This document shows positions 7,916 through 16,822 of a DNA stretch of 59,106 nucleotides, piece by piece. Location of the stretch: assembly GCA_045537965.1 (NCBI GenBank), contig JAZSQL010000034.1, positions 1 to 59,106 on the forward strand, in the 5' to 3' direction. The stretch comes from Alphaproteobacteria bacterium. Its GTDB lineage: Bacteria; Pseudomonadota; Alphaproteobacteria; RF32; CAG-239. Within the stretch, counting starts at the first letter, position 1. Every line of letters begins with the position of its first letter. Below the pieces are notes generated by a model, which saw nothing but the letters and a program-made list of their open reading frames with translations, did not search any database and was not told the DNA's origin. A program made the translations under genes and the position numbers.

Positions 7916-8252
7916 ATTTGCTCCTTTTTCTTCTTTACATAGGTATTTATCATTACAACTTGTAATTTTTTATTTTAGCAAATTCACTTATTTAACTGAT
8001 AAATACATGTGAAGTTAATAATTGCCTTTTACTTCATTAATATGTTTTTTAACAAATGAGTGCGATGGGAATTTCTATTGCACTTTTTTTGTTTTAAGTG
8101 AGTTAAATCCCTTTGATTTCCTTATGCTTGCTATTTTAATCAAAACAAATTTTGCTATTATAATAGCTATTTTATTTCTATTATAATTATATTATAGGAG
8201 CAAAAAACAGCTCTCAAGCCCTTGTGTATCAACAGTTTCAGCAAAGTGCGGC

Positions 8253-8396
8253 GGAAATATCTGTTTCCGTATAAGGAAATAACCGTTTCCGCATAAGGAA
8301 ATAACCGTTTCCGATAGTGGAAATATTCATTTCCATTTGGCGTTTTAGTGGAAATATTCATTTCCACTGAGGTTTTAGGTGGAAATATTCATTTCC
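8253..8396. repeat. Iteron-like array of six 16-bp palindromes GGAAAT-N4-RTTTCC
   Basis: Units start at 8253, 8275, 8297, 8319, 8350, 8381 (periods 22,22,22,31,31). Confidence 0.9.
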
Positions 8397-8477
8397 GGTA
8401 GCATTTTTTGTTAAAATTACAAAGTGTAAAATTTGCCGATAAATACTCATGTTAAAATACATATTAAAGGAATTAAA

Positions 8478-8624
8478 ATGAGTGAAAGACAAAGAAAGCT
8501 CACAATTACAGAGCGTTTAATTTTAACATATATCGGTTATAAAACCAATCGCAACTTCAAATTTTTTATGACAAACGAGACGCTGGCAAAGGCGATTTGC
8601 TGTAAAACTTCATCAACCAAAGTT
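8478..8624 (+). pseudogene. Truncated winged-HTH protein (paralog of 13221-13706)
   Basis: MSERQRKLTITERLILTYIGYKTNRNFKFFMTNETLAKAICCKTSSTKV matches copy 2, then similarity stops abruptly. Confidence 0.8.
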
Positions 8625-11492
8625 ATAAATTACACCGGCAGGCATATCTGGTGTTGCTTTTACAACAGCATTCATACCGGTCGGGTTCTTTTCTACATCA
8701 GGATTTTCTTTAATATATTCCAACAAATCCAAGCGAAATTCATTTAATCCCAAATCCATAATGGATATGCTTGAACCCATTTCTTCTATATCAACTACTT
8801 CGGTTTGCAACTTTTCAAGCTGTTGCTTACGATATGATAAATCTGGGTCGTCTTCCGGATTGATAACATTATCATTACCTCCTGCCGTTAAGTTTACAGC
8901 TTTCATTCTGCCTTCAACACGAGCTTTTAACTTGATATATTCATCTAATTCTACCGGAGCCCAGAAGTTTACAAGTTGGATTACTGTGTTTCTGCTTCCG
9001 ATACGGTCAATACGCCCGAAACGCTGGATAATGCGAACTGGGTTCCAATGGATATCATAGTTAATCAAGTAGTCGCAATCTTGTAGGTTTTGACCTTCGG
9101 AGATACAATCTGTTGCAATCAAAATATCAATGTTTGCAGGAATATCAGGCAATAACAAATGCTTTTCTTTTGATATTGGAGAAAAACAAGTCAAAACAGT
9201 ATTCATATCTTGCGGTAATTTGGCAATAGTGCTTTTACCTTCAACCGAACCACTGATTACAGCAGAATCTAAACCGAAGTTATCTTTTACATATTTTGAA
9301 ATATTGTCATATAAGTAGTTTGCAGTATCGGCAAAAGCTGTAAAGATTATAATTTTCTTGTTGTTATAATTGATTGGACGTTCAATCTTTTTCTTAATTT
9401 GCTCTTTTAAGGTTTGTAGCTTAAAGTCATCTTCAACCCCGATAGAGCTTGTTTCTTTATATAAATGTTCCAAAATATGAGCATCAGCTCTTAAATCTCG
9501 TTTCCAAGATTGATAATCCATATCTTTTAAGGATATGCTTATCTTGTTTCCGGTTGAAACATCATAATCGTCATCAAAGTCTTCAAATTCGCTAAAATCA
9601 TTGATTAGCTCATAATTGTTCTTTTTCTTTTCAAAAAGTTCAATGTTTTCAATAGTTCTGTTGATGCGTTCAATTATACGAGCCAATGTTTGGTTAAACG
9701 AATAAACAGAGCTTTCCATGCGTTTCATAAGGTTAATACTCATCAAACGACGAATACCTTGTTCACGGTCTGCTTGCTTGAAGAATACACCGTGGCTTAC
9801 ATCTCTTCCGTATTTTTCTTCATATTCATCACGTTTACTTTCGTAGATGTATGCTGATGGAGTGTAAACACATAAGGTTAATTGAAGTAAATCTGCAAAA
9901 ATCTCTTTATAGGATATTGTTCCTGCTTTTAAACTTAATTGCGGACGGTGATTAATTGGTAATAATCTGTCTGGGAATTTGCCAATATCCGAGGTATTAT
10001 AATATTTTTCAATATGTTTACGAGAACGAGCAATCGTTACACTATCAAGCAAATCAAAGAAATCAAAACTTAACATATTAAGCAAACGGCTTGCTGTTCT
10101 TTCTTCTATCGGTAGTTGATTCCAATGATTGTAGCTTCTTTGAGCTTCTCTAAATATTTGTTCTACATTTTTGCCTTCGCCCAGTTTTTCGTTTAATTGC
10201 TTTGCATTTCCTTCATAAGCAAGGGCAAGTTGGTTTTTCAAATCTATAAATTGATTGTTTACAGGTGTTGCAGAAAGCATTAAAACTTTGGTTCTTACAC
10301 CTTTTCTGATAACTTTGTTGAGCAATATATTATAGCGATTGTCTTTCTGTTCACCTTCATTGTCCAAATATGATTGACCACCGTTACGGAAGTTATGACT
10401 TTCATCAATAACCACTAAATCATAATTGCTCCAATTGATTTTGCCCAAATCAAGACCGTTTGATTTTCCTCTTACACGAGATAAATCTGTATGATAAAGA
10501 ACATCATAACGAAGTCTATCCGATGCAATCGGGTTATTTACATAGTTTTCTTTATAGGTTGTCCAGTTATCGCTTAACTTTTTAGGACATAGCACTAAAA
10601 CGTTTTTATTACGGTTTTCATAATATTTGATAACTGAAATTGCTGTAAATGTTTTACCAAGACCGACACTATCTGCTAAAATACAGCCATTGTATTTTTC
10701 CAGCTTATTAATAATGGCAAGACAAGCATCCTTTTGGAAGTTATAAAGTTTGTTCCAAATAGCACTTTCCTTAAATCCGGTAGCTGTGTTTGGCAAAACA
10801 TCTTCGTTAATATCATCCAAAAATTCATTAAAAATGTTAAAAAGTGTAAAGAAATAAACAAATTCCGGTGAATTTTCATTATAAACCGAGCTGATACTTT
10901 CAATAATTTCTTCTGTTACATCTTGTAATTGCTCTTTATCAGTCCAAAGTTCATTAAAGTGTTGAAGATATCCCTTACTCATAGGTGCTTCAAACTTATT
11001 GATGATACAAAAACAATTATTTCCTTTTTCACAACCTAAATCAACCGTTGTGAAGCCATTTACAGGATAATAAGCACAGCTTGTATTGTCTTCGTTTTCA
11101 ACATTAATAAGACCTGGAATTGTATGTCCTGTTTTGTTAGATTTGAAGCGAACTTTATTTTTAATCCATTCGGCACATTCTTTTGCAATAGCTTTTTGCG
11201 TTAGTTCATTACGAAGTTTTACTTCAAATTCTGTTCCATAGATGCTCTTTTCACGAGCCAGTCTTGGTATATAAAACTCTCTCTTTTCTTTTGGTGTCTT
11301 TTCGGTAATAAATGTCGGTGATGTAAAAATAAAGCGAAGTTCTTCAATATTTTCTAATTGCTTCTTTAATTCAGCAAAAGCATATATAGAAAAATATGCA
11401 GAAGCTATTGAAAGCTTTGCATTCTTCTTTATCTCAACGGTTAAATCATCTTTCAAAATAGATGATACGTTATCAAAGGCTTTAATCTCCAT
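8613..11492 (-). CDS. SNF2-family helicase with N-terminal PLD-like region, probably C-terminally truncated
   Basis: ADSVGLGKT (Walker A), DESHN, LSATP, ISEGQNLQ, QRFGRIDRIGS; ends at the junction with the truncated wHTH gene. Confidence 0.88.
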   Translation of the reverse strand: MEIKAFDNVSSILKDDLTVEIKKNAKLSIASAYFSIYAFAELKKQLENIEELRFIFTSPTFITEKTPKEKREFYIPRLAREKSIYGTEFEVKLRNELTQKAIAKECAEWIKNKVRFKSNKTGHTIPGLINVENEDNTSCAYYPVNGFTTVDLGCEKGNNCFCIINKFEAPMSKGYLQHFNELWTDKEQLQDVTEEIIESISSVYNENSPEFVYFFTLFNIFNEFLDDINEDVLPNTATGFKESAIWNKLYNFQKDACLAIINKLEKYNGCILADSVGLGKTFTAISVIKYYENRNKNVLVLCPKKLSDNWTTYKENYVNNPIASDRLRYDVLYHTDLSRVRGKSNGLDLGKINWSNYDLVVIDESHNFRNGGQSYLDNEGEQKDNRYNILLNKVIRKGVRTKVLMLSATPVNNQFIDLKNQLALAYEGNAKQLNEKLGEGKNVEQIFREAQRSYNHWNQLPIEERTASRLLNMLSFDFFDLLDSVTIARSRKHIEKYYNTSDIGKFPDRLLPINHRPQLSLKAGTISYKEIFADLLQLTLCVYTPSAYIYESKRDEYEEKYGRDVSHGVFFKQADREQGIRRLMSINLMKRMESSVYSFNQTLARIIERINRTIENIELFEKKKNNYELINDFSEFEDFDDDYDVSTGNKISISLKDMDYQSWKRDLRADAHILEHLYKETSSIGVEDDFKLQTLKEQIKKKIERPINYNNKKIIIFTAFADTANYLYDNISKYVKDNFGLDSAVISGSVEGKSTIAKLPQDMNTVLTCFSPISKEKHLLLPDIPANIDILIATDCISEGQNLQDCDYLINYDIHWNPVRIIQRFGRIDRIGSRNTVIQLVNFWAPVELDEYIKLKARVEGRMKAVNLTAGGNDNVINPEDDPDLSYRKQQLEKLQTEVVDIEEMGSSISIMDLGLNEFRLDLLEYIKENPDVEKNPTGMNAVVKATPDMPAGVIYNFG

Positions 11493-11654
11493 ATATCACC
11501 GTCTATATTATATACCAATCCACCATAAATAATACGGTTAAGATTTTCAAAAATCAATCTAAAAATCAAGCTATTATCAAGTATTTTCTAGGAGTTACAA
11601 AAGCACACAGTTTCATATAGTTACCTCTATTGACTAGACGGTGATATGTGGAGA
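11486..11654. promoter_or_regulatory. Promoter segment flanked by 20-bp inverted repeats (candidate invertible promoter)
   Basis: TCTCCATATATCACCGTCTA (11486-11505) vs TAGACGGTGATATGTGGAGA (11635-11654), 19/20; minus-strand TTGATT-N17-TATTAT and TGGTATAAT inside. Confidence 0.65.
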
Positions 11655-11735
11655 GTGTTTATTTTTAATACCAAATTCAACTAAAATCCTAGTAATTCCT
11701 ATAAATAGTTAAGTAAACTATTAAAGGAATTCATT

Positions 11736-12359
11736 ATGATTTATGGATATTGTAGAATCAGCACATCGCAACAAACTGTTCTTAACCAAAGGCACGAAAT
11801 ACAAGCTTTTGCCGAGAAAAACAATCTAAAAATTGATAAATGGCTTGATGAGGTCATTTCTTCCAGAAAACCTCTAAATGAGCGAAAACTAGGAAAATTA
11901 CTCAAAAAATTAAAAAAAGGCGATATCTTAATAGCTTCTGAGCTTTCTCGATTGGGAAGAAATCTGCTCGAAGTAATGGGAATTTTACAAAATTGCCTCG
12001 AAAAAGACTGTCAAATATGGACTTTGAAAGAAAATTATAGACTTGGAGCGGATATTCAATCAAAAGTTTTGGCTTTTGCCTTTTCCTTGGCTTCTGAAAT
12101 AGAACGTCAACTCATCTCTGAACGCACTAAAAATTCGCTTCAAAGGCTAAAAGATGAAGGAAAGCATTTGGGCAGACCATATGGTTTTACTTATAAAAAG
12201 CTTGAAAAAAAGCATAACAAAATAAAAGAATTGTTAGATAAAAATGTATCAAAATCAGAAATCGCAAGGCTTATGGGTTGTACTTGGGCTACTTTACATA
12301 GATATGTAAATGAGGCATTTCCTAATAAGGCATTACAAGATGTAATTTCAGAACCATAA
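11736..12359 (+). CDS. Serine recombinase, Mpi-like DNA invertase family
   Basis: MIYGYCRIST catalytic Ser, ELSRLGRN, IWTLKENYRLGADIQSKVLAFAF..EIERQLISERTK, GRP, C-terminal HTH. Confidence 0.9.
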   Translation: MIYGYCRISTSQQTVLNQRHEIQAFAEKNNLKIDKWLDEVISSRKPLNERKLGKLLKKLKKGDILIASELSRLGRNLLEVMGILQNCLEKDCQIWTLKENYRLGADIQSKVLAFAFSLASEIERQLISERTKNSLQRLKDEGKHLGRPYGFTYKKLEKKHNKIKELLDKNVSKSEIARLMGCTWATLHRYVNEAFPNKALQDVISEP

Positions 12360-12823
12360 TAAATCCGTCGTCTAATAGATATTTAGCGTTTTATATTGTC
12401 GCATTTTATTGTCTTTTATTCTGATTATGTTCCATATTGCGTGTGAAATGTTATAAAGTCAATTGTTTTATTAAATTTGCTAAGTGTAGATAACATCTAT
12501 GTTAAACAATATAGCCAAACTCAACAAAGTTTAACATTTTATATTTCAGCCTTAACAACACAAAAATAAAATACTAGTAAAATAGCCAATTACAGAGAAA
12601 ATGTTAAAAAATGTGTCTTCTTTAACATTTAAATATTTGTCAAATTTATATGAAGCTCTATCATATTTTTAATAAATTTAATCTGTTCTTTCATTTCTAA
12701 AATTTCCTCTCTGTGCTCTATAAAAAAGTTGATATTAATACTCAATTTTATAGTATTTTCACTATAACTTGACGCACCAATTTGGAGAGGGTTGGCAAAA
12801 TTTTTTGCTAACCCTACGTTTTG

Positions 12824-12969
12824 GATTCCTGCGAATAAGCCGATTATGACCGTTCATCAAAAAATGCTCCTGTGATACACCCCTGTGTTGCACCTGTAAA
12901 ATCAGCATTTTTTAGAAAAAAGCCAAAAAAATACCTAACACTTTCAGTATGTTAGTTAAAATTTGGCAG
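12824..12969 (+). repeat. Direct copy of tRNA-Trp-adjacent att arm (19494-19639)
   Basis: GATTCCTGCG..CGTTCA..AAAATGCTCCTGTGATACAC..AGCATTTTT..CCTAAC..GTTAG..TGGCAG collinear over 146 bp. Confidence 0.85.
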
Positions 12970-13220
12970 ACAGAATTGTAATAAATCAGAAAGAAAATCT
13001 GCTCAAATCTATAGTGTCTTTGTTAACCATTACAACGAAATATTGGCAATAAAAGACCAAGTTAAATTTACCAAAAATATGTTAGCAGCTTAATGTGATT
13101 TTTAAAGATGCAAAATCGCAGAAATCTAACAAAACTGCTAGATTTTTACGATTCTTCTATTGTTGTTTCTAAAAGTTTATTGATTCTTATATAAGTATCT
13201 AAGTAATAGTTTGTGTTGTC

Positions 13221-13706
13221 TTATATAAGATTATTTTTATTAAACATCCCTTCAATATCCTCCAAATCAATACCTTTTGATGCCAAAATGGACATCAGGG
13301 TTTCTAGTGCGTTTTTGTAGTTATCTCGTTCATTTTCTAAAGATTTAATACGGTTTTGAGCTTCTTTTAACTCGTTTTTATAATATTCGGCATCACGCTG
13401 ATAGTTCGTCAATTCTTGCAAGAGGTAGGTCTTTTCCACATTGCTCATGTTAACCCCGTCTAACGGACAAAATTTGCGTTCAGAGAGCGATAATTGTCTT
13501 CTGCCTCTATCATCACAGGTTTTTATCAAATACCCCTCACGGACGAGTTTATTTACCAAAACTTTTGTTGAAGCAACCGTGCAACAAATCGCCTCTGCCA
13601 AAGTCTCGTTATTCATAAAAAATTTGAAACCGTTATTTGTCTTTAAACCAATGTAAGTTAATATAAAACGCTAGGTAATTGAAAGCTCTGCTTTACTTCT
13701 ACTCAT
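13221..13706 (-). pseudogene. wHTH + coiled-coil protein with in-frame TAG at codon 12
   Basis: AAGGAG RBS, MSRSKAELSIT*RFILTYIGLKTNNGFKFFMNNETLAEAICC...; TAG (13671-13673) aligns to GAG in copy 1. Confidence 0.8.
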
Positions 13707-13785
13707 ATTTTCTCCTTAATATATTTTTTTAACATGAGTATTTATCGGCAGATTTTACATTTTGTAATTTTAACAAAAATAGCGG

Positions 13786-13897
13786 CGAAATATATATTTC
13801 CGGTAGGAAAATGTATATTTCCGCTAAAACCCCGAATGGAAATGTATATTTCCACTGGTGGAAATGGTTATTTCCGTAAGTGGAAACGTATATTTCC
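13786..13897. repeat. Iteron-like array, five units (copy 2)
   Basis: Units near 13786, 13807, 13838, 13860, 13882, consensus GGAAAY-N4-ATTTCC (first two units degenerate at the 5' end). Confidence 0.88.
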
Positions 13898-14228
13898 GCC
13901 GCACTTTGCTGAAACTGTTGATACACAAGGCTTTGAGAACAGTTTTTTGCTCCTATAATAGTATTATAATATAATTAAAATAGCTATTATAATAGGCAAT
14001 TTTTTGTTTTGATTAAAATAGCAAACCAAAGGAATTGTAATTACTTAATATAAAATATGGATGTGATTTAATTCCCAGGAATTAAAAAGAAATCAGAAAC
14101 GGGCGATGTGGATTTCATAACAAAAAAAGAGCTGTAGGAAATTACTACAGCTCCAATTTGTTAAAAAACATATTAGTGTGAAGTAAGGCAATATTAACTT
14201 CACATATATTTATTTCAAAACAAACATA

Positions 14229-14345
14229 TTTTCCCGTTCGGTAAAAATAATTCATTTAATAAGTAAAATGAATAAAAATATACCGATCGGTAAAATTTAC
14301 TTGATTTTAATTTTATTTGCTTTATAATTTTACCGAGAGGTAAAA
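14229..14345 (+). promoter_or_regulatory. hipBA promoter with three palindromic operators
   Basis: TTTTCCCGTTCGGTAAAA (14229), TATACCGATCGGTAAA (14279), TTTTACCGAGAGGTAAAA (14328); TTGATT-N16-TATAAT between operators 2 and 3. Confidence 0.8.
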
Positions 14346-14347
14346 TT

Positions 14348-14554
14348 ATGAAAATTAAAAACATCAAAGATATTGCATCTAAAATAAAAGATGAAAGAAA
14401 AAAACAAAATTTAACTCAAACCCAGTTGGCAGGACTTTGTAATGTGGGATTGCGTTTTATTGTTGATTTGGAAGCTGGCAAAGAAACTTGCCAAGTTGGT
14501 AAGGTTTTATTGGTTCTAGATATATTAGGTATTGATTTGATTACGGAGGATTAA
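14348..14554 (+). CDS. hipB: HipB-like XRE antitoxin
   Basis: RKKQNLTQTQLAGLCNVGLRFIVDLEAGKET..GKVL; directly upstream of hipA. Confidence 0.9.
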   Translation: MKIKNIKDIASKIKDERKKQNLTQTQLAGLCNVGLRFIVDLEAGKETCQVGKVLLVLDILGIDLITED

Positions 14555-14555
14555 T

Positions 14556-15785
14556 ATGCCGATTTTAGATGTATATTTCTATGGCAAATTGGTTGGTAAA
14601 CTAACCGAAAAGAACTCTCACTTGAACTTTAAGTATCTGCCGGATGTCACCACACCTATATCCATAAATTTACCGCTTCAAGAGAATTCTTTTTCAGACA
14701 AAGAAACTCGCAGTTTTTTCAATAATTTGCTTCCGGAAGAAGGAATAAGAGATGCGGTCGCTCGTTATAAACAAATATCAAGTAATAATCCCTTTGCACT
14801 ATTAAAAGAAATCGGCGGTGAATGTGCCGGTGCTGTTGAATTGTATCCTGAAGGTGTTTCAAGAGAAGCAGAAACAAGTGAATTAAAACCGATATCAACT
14901 AAGAAAATATCTGAGGTTTTATTAAATCAAGCCCAAATACCTCTACTTACAGGAGAAGAAATCCGCTTATCTCTTGCCGGTGCCCAACAAAAAATAGCAT
15001 TATGTATAATTCCTGATGATAGTGATAACTATTACTTACCTTGTGGAGAATATATTTCTACCCATATCATAAAACCACAAAACCCATATTTTGAAGACAT
15101 TATATATAATGAGAACTTTTGTATGAGATTAGCTGGCAAAATCGGTTTACCGACAGCACATTCGGATATTAGAGAATTTAACGGAGTAAAAGCCTATATT
15201 GTCAAACGATTTGACAGAGAAAATAATTCATTAAAACTATCCGGTTTAGAAAGAATACATCAAGAAGATTTTTGCCAAGCATTGATGTTGCCTGATAAAA
15301 AATATCAAAAAGAAGGCGGAGCAAGCATAAAACAATGTTATAAACTAATCAGAAATGCTGATTTCGTAAGAAAAGCCGATACTCTTATTACATATTTGCA
15401 AACAATAGTGTTTAATTTTATTATCGGCAATTCAGATGCTCATGGAAAAAACTTTTCATTGCTTCATAAAAAAGGCAAATACGAGCTTTCGCCATTATAT
15501 GATTTGGTTTCAACGCAGGTCTATGAAACACTCTCAGTCAATATGGCAATGTCTGTTGATGGCGAATATAATCCAAATCACATAACAAAGCAACATTTCT
15601 TAAATTTGGCAAAAGACTTGGAAATTAAACCTAATGTAATGGAAAACATTATAAATGATTTGGCTGACAAAATATTAAAAACTGTTTCTGAATTAAAAAA
15701 CGAATTACAAGCACAAGATTTATATTCCCCGATAATTGATAAGATTGAGCTTCTTATAAGCAAAAGAATAAAACAGCTAGTTTAG
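14556..15785 (+). CDS. hipA: HipA Ser/Thr kinase toxin
   Basis: FFNNLLPE, SLAGAQQK, RFDR, HQEDFCQA, IGNSDAHGKNFS, LSPLYD. Confidence 0.95.
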   Translation: MPILDVYFYGKLVGKLTEKNSHLNFKYLPDVTTPISINLPLQENSFSDKETRSFFNNLLPEEGIRDAVARYKQISSNNPFALLKEIGGECAGAVELYPEGVSREAETSELKPISTKKISEVLLNQAQIPLLTGEEIRLSLAGAQQKIALCIIPDDSDNYYLPCGEYISTHIIKPQNPYFEDIIYNENFCMRLAGKIGLPTAHSDIREFNGVKAYIVKRFDRENNSLKLSGLERIHQEDFCQALMLPDKKYQKEGGASIKQCYKLIRNADFVRKADTLITYLQTIVFNFIIGNSDAHGKNFSLLHKKGKYELSPLYDLVSTQVYETLSVNMAMSVDGEYNPNHITKQHFLNLAKDLEIKPNVMENIINDLADKILKTVSELKNELQAQDLYSPIIDKIELLISKRIKQLV

Positions 15786-15826
15786 AATTTTATAAATGTA
15801 AGATTACAACTTGTAAAAATAAATAT

Positions 15827-16822
15827 GTGTCAAGAACAGAAAGCCATCAGAGCCGGACAGTTCTTAAGATACAAAGAAAAAATACATTATTTAGAGGTTT
15901 AATAATTTGTGGAGTAACTAATAGACAATGTCCTTGTGAAGTTAAAAAAGGAATATATTCATATATAACTTGTTGGAAAAATAATAATTCAAGAATTTAT
16001 ATAAAAGAACAAGAACTCACTAGAAGAATAAGTTCAATTCTTAATCGTATAAATCTTCCCAATAGTGTTATAACAGAACTACAACAAGAACTTAAATCAG
16101 CCAAAGTATCTGAAAGAAAATTTAATTCAGAAGAGATTAAAAGACTTAAAACGGAACAAGAAAAACTTAAACAAAAATTAGATACACTGTTTGATTTGCG
16201 TCTTGATGGAGAACTTGACCGAGAATCATTTGATATCAAGAGGAACGATATACAAATTAAAATAGAACGCATAAAAAGAAGGATTTTTGCGCATGAAAAA
16301 GCCGATAACAGCTTTGACGAAACAATTTTAGGATTATTAGATATAGCTACACAAGCAGGATATGTATTTGAAAAATCATCTAATATAGAATTAAAAAGAC
16401 TTTTATTAAAATTTGTATTTGAAAAAATAACTTTAACGGAAGGTGTAATTAGCTACAAATTAAGATTTCCTTTTAATGAATTCGTAAATATTAACACCCC
16501 GAAAGGAAATAAACCATTACCATACGAACCAACGCAAAACCAAGTAAATCAAGATGTATATGGAAATGATAACGAAAAGGTACAATTTGGGTATATGAAA
16601 TCTTGCGAACTCGCTGAAAGCCTTAAAAATCAAGGGCTAGCGAAAATTTCCGCTAACCCTCTCCAATTTGGCAGGGGCAGTAAGAAGCCCTGTTATATTT
16701 TCTACAACCAACTGATTTATATATATAAATTTTTCAAAAAATGCCATTTTTTAATGATATTGTGTATCACTTTGATGACAAAATTATCATGCCAAAAACC
16801 GTTGTGTCAAGCCGCATTTTAA
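15827..16822 (+). pseudogene. C-terminal fragment of large serine integrase (Zn-ribbon + coiled coil), reading through att
   Basis: LFRGLIICG...Y.Y..C...YIKEQEL, long coiled coil, KRLLLKFVFEKITL; no N-terminal catalytic domain or RBS. Confidence 0.7.
16669..16685. repeat. att core: duplicate of tRNA-Trp 3' end
   Basis: TGGCAGGGGCAGTAAGA identical to 19634-19650. Confidence 0.92.

Larger units (their letters stand above)
7999..8624 (+). repeat. Copy 1 of inverted duplicated module (hairpin/terminator, AT-rich tract, iterons, wHTH gene start)
   Basis: Aligns by eye to reverse complement of ~13559-14213. Confidence 0.85.

Noticed and set aside
8167-8367. Track ORFs over the iteron arrays (also 13729-13958)
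   Set aside because: By-products of the repeats; no RBS or protein features.
8253-8396. CRISPR-like array
   Set aside because: Repeats are 16 bp with only 6-15 bp between them, partly repeated; no cas genes; spacing fits helical phasing.
13671-13673. TAG recoding or readthrough
   Set aside because: TAG terminates normal genes here (for example ruvB and the nuclease); a single G>T nonsense change is simpler.
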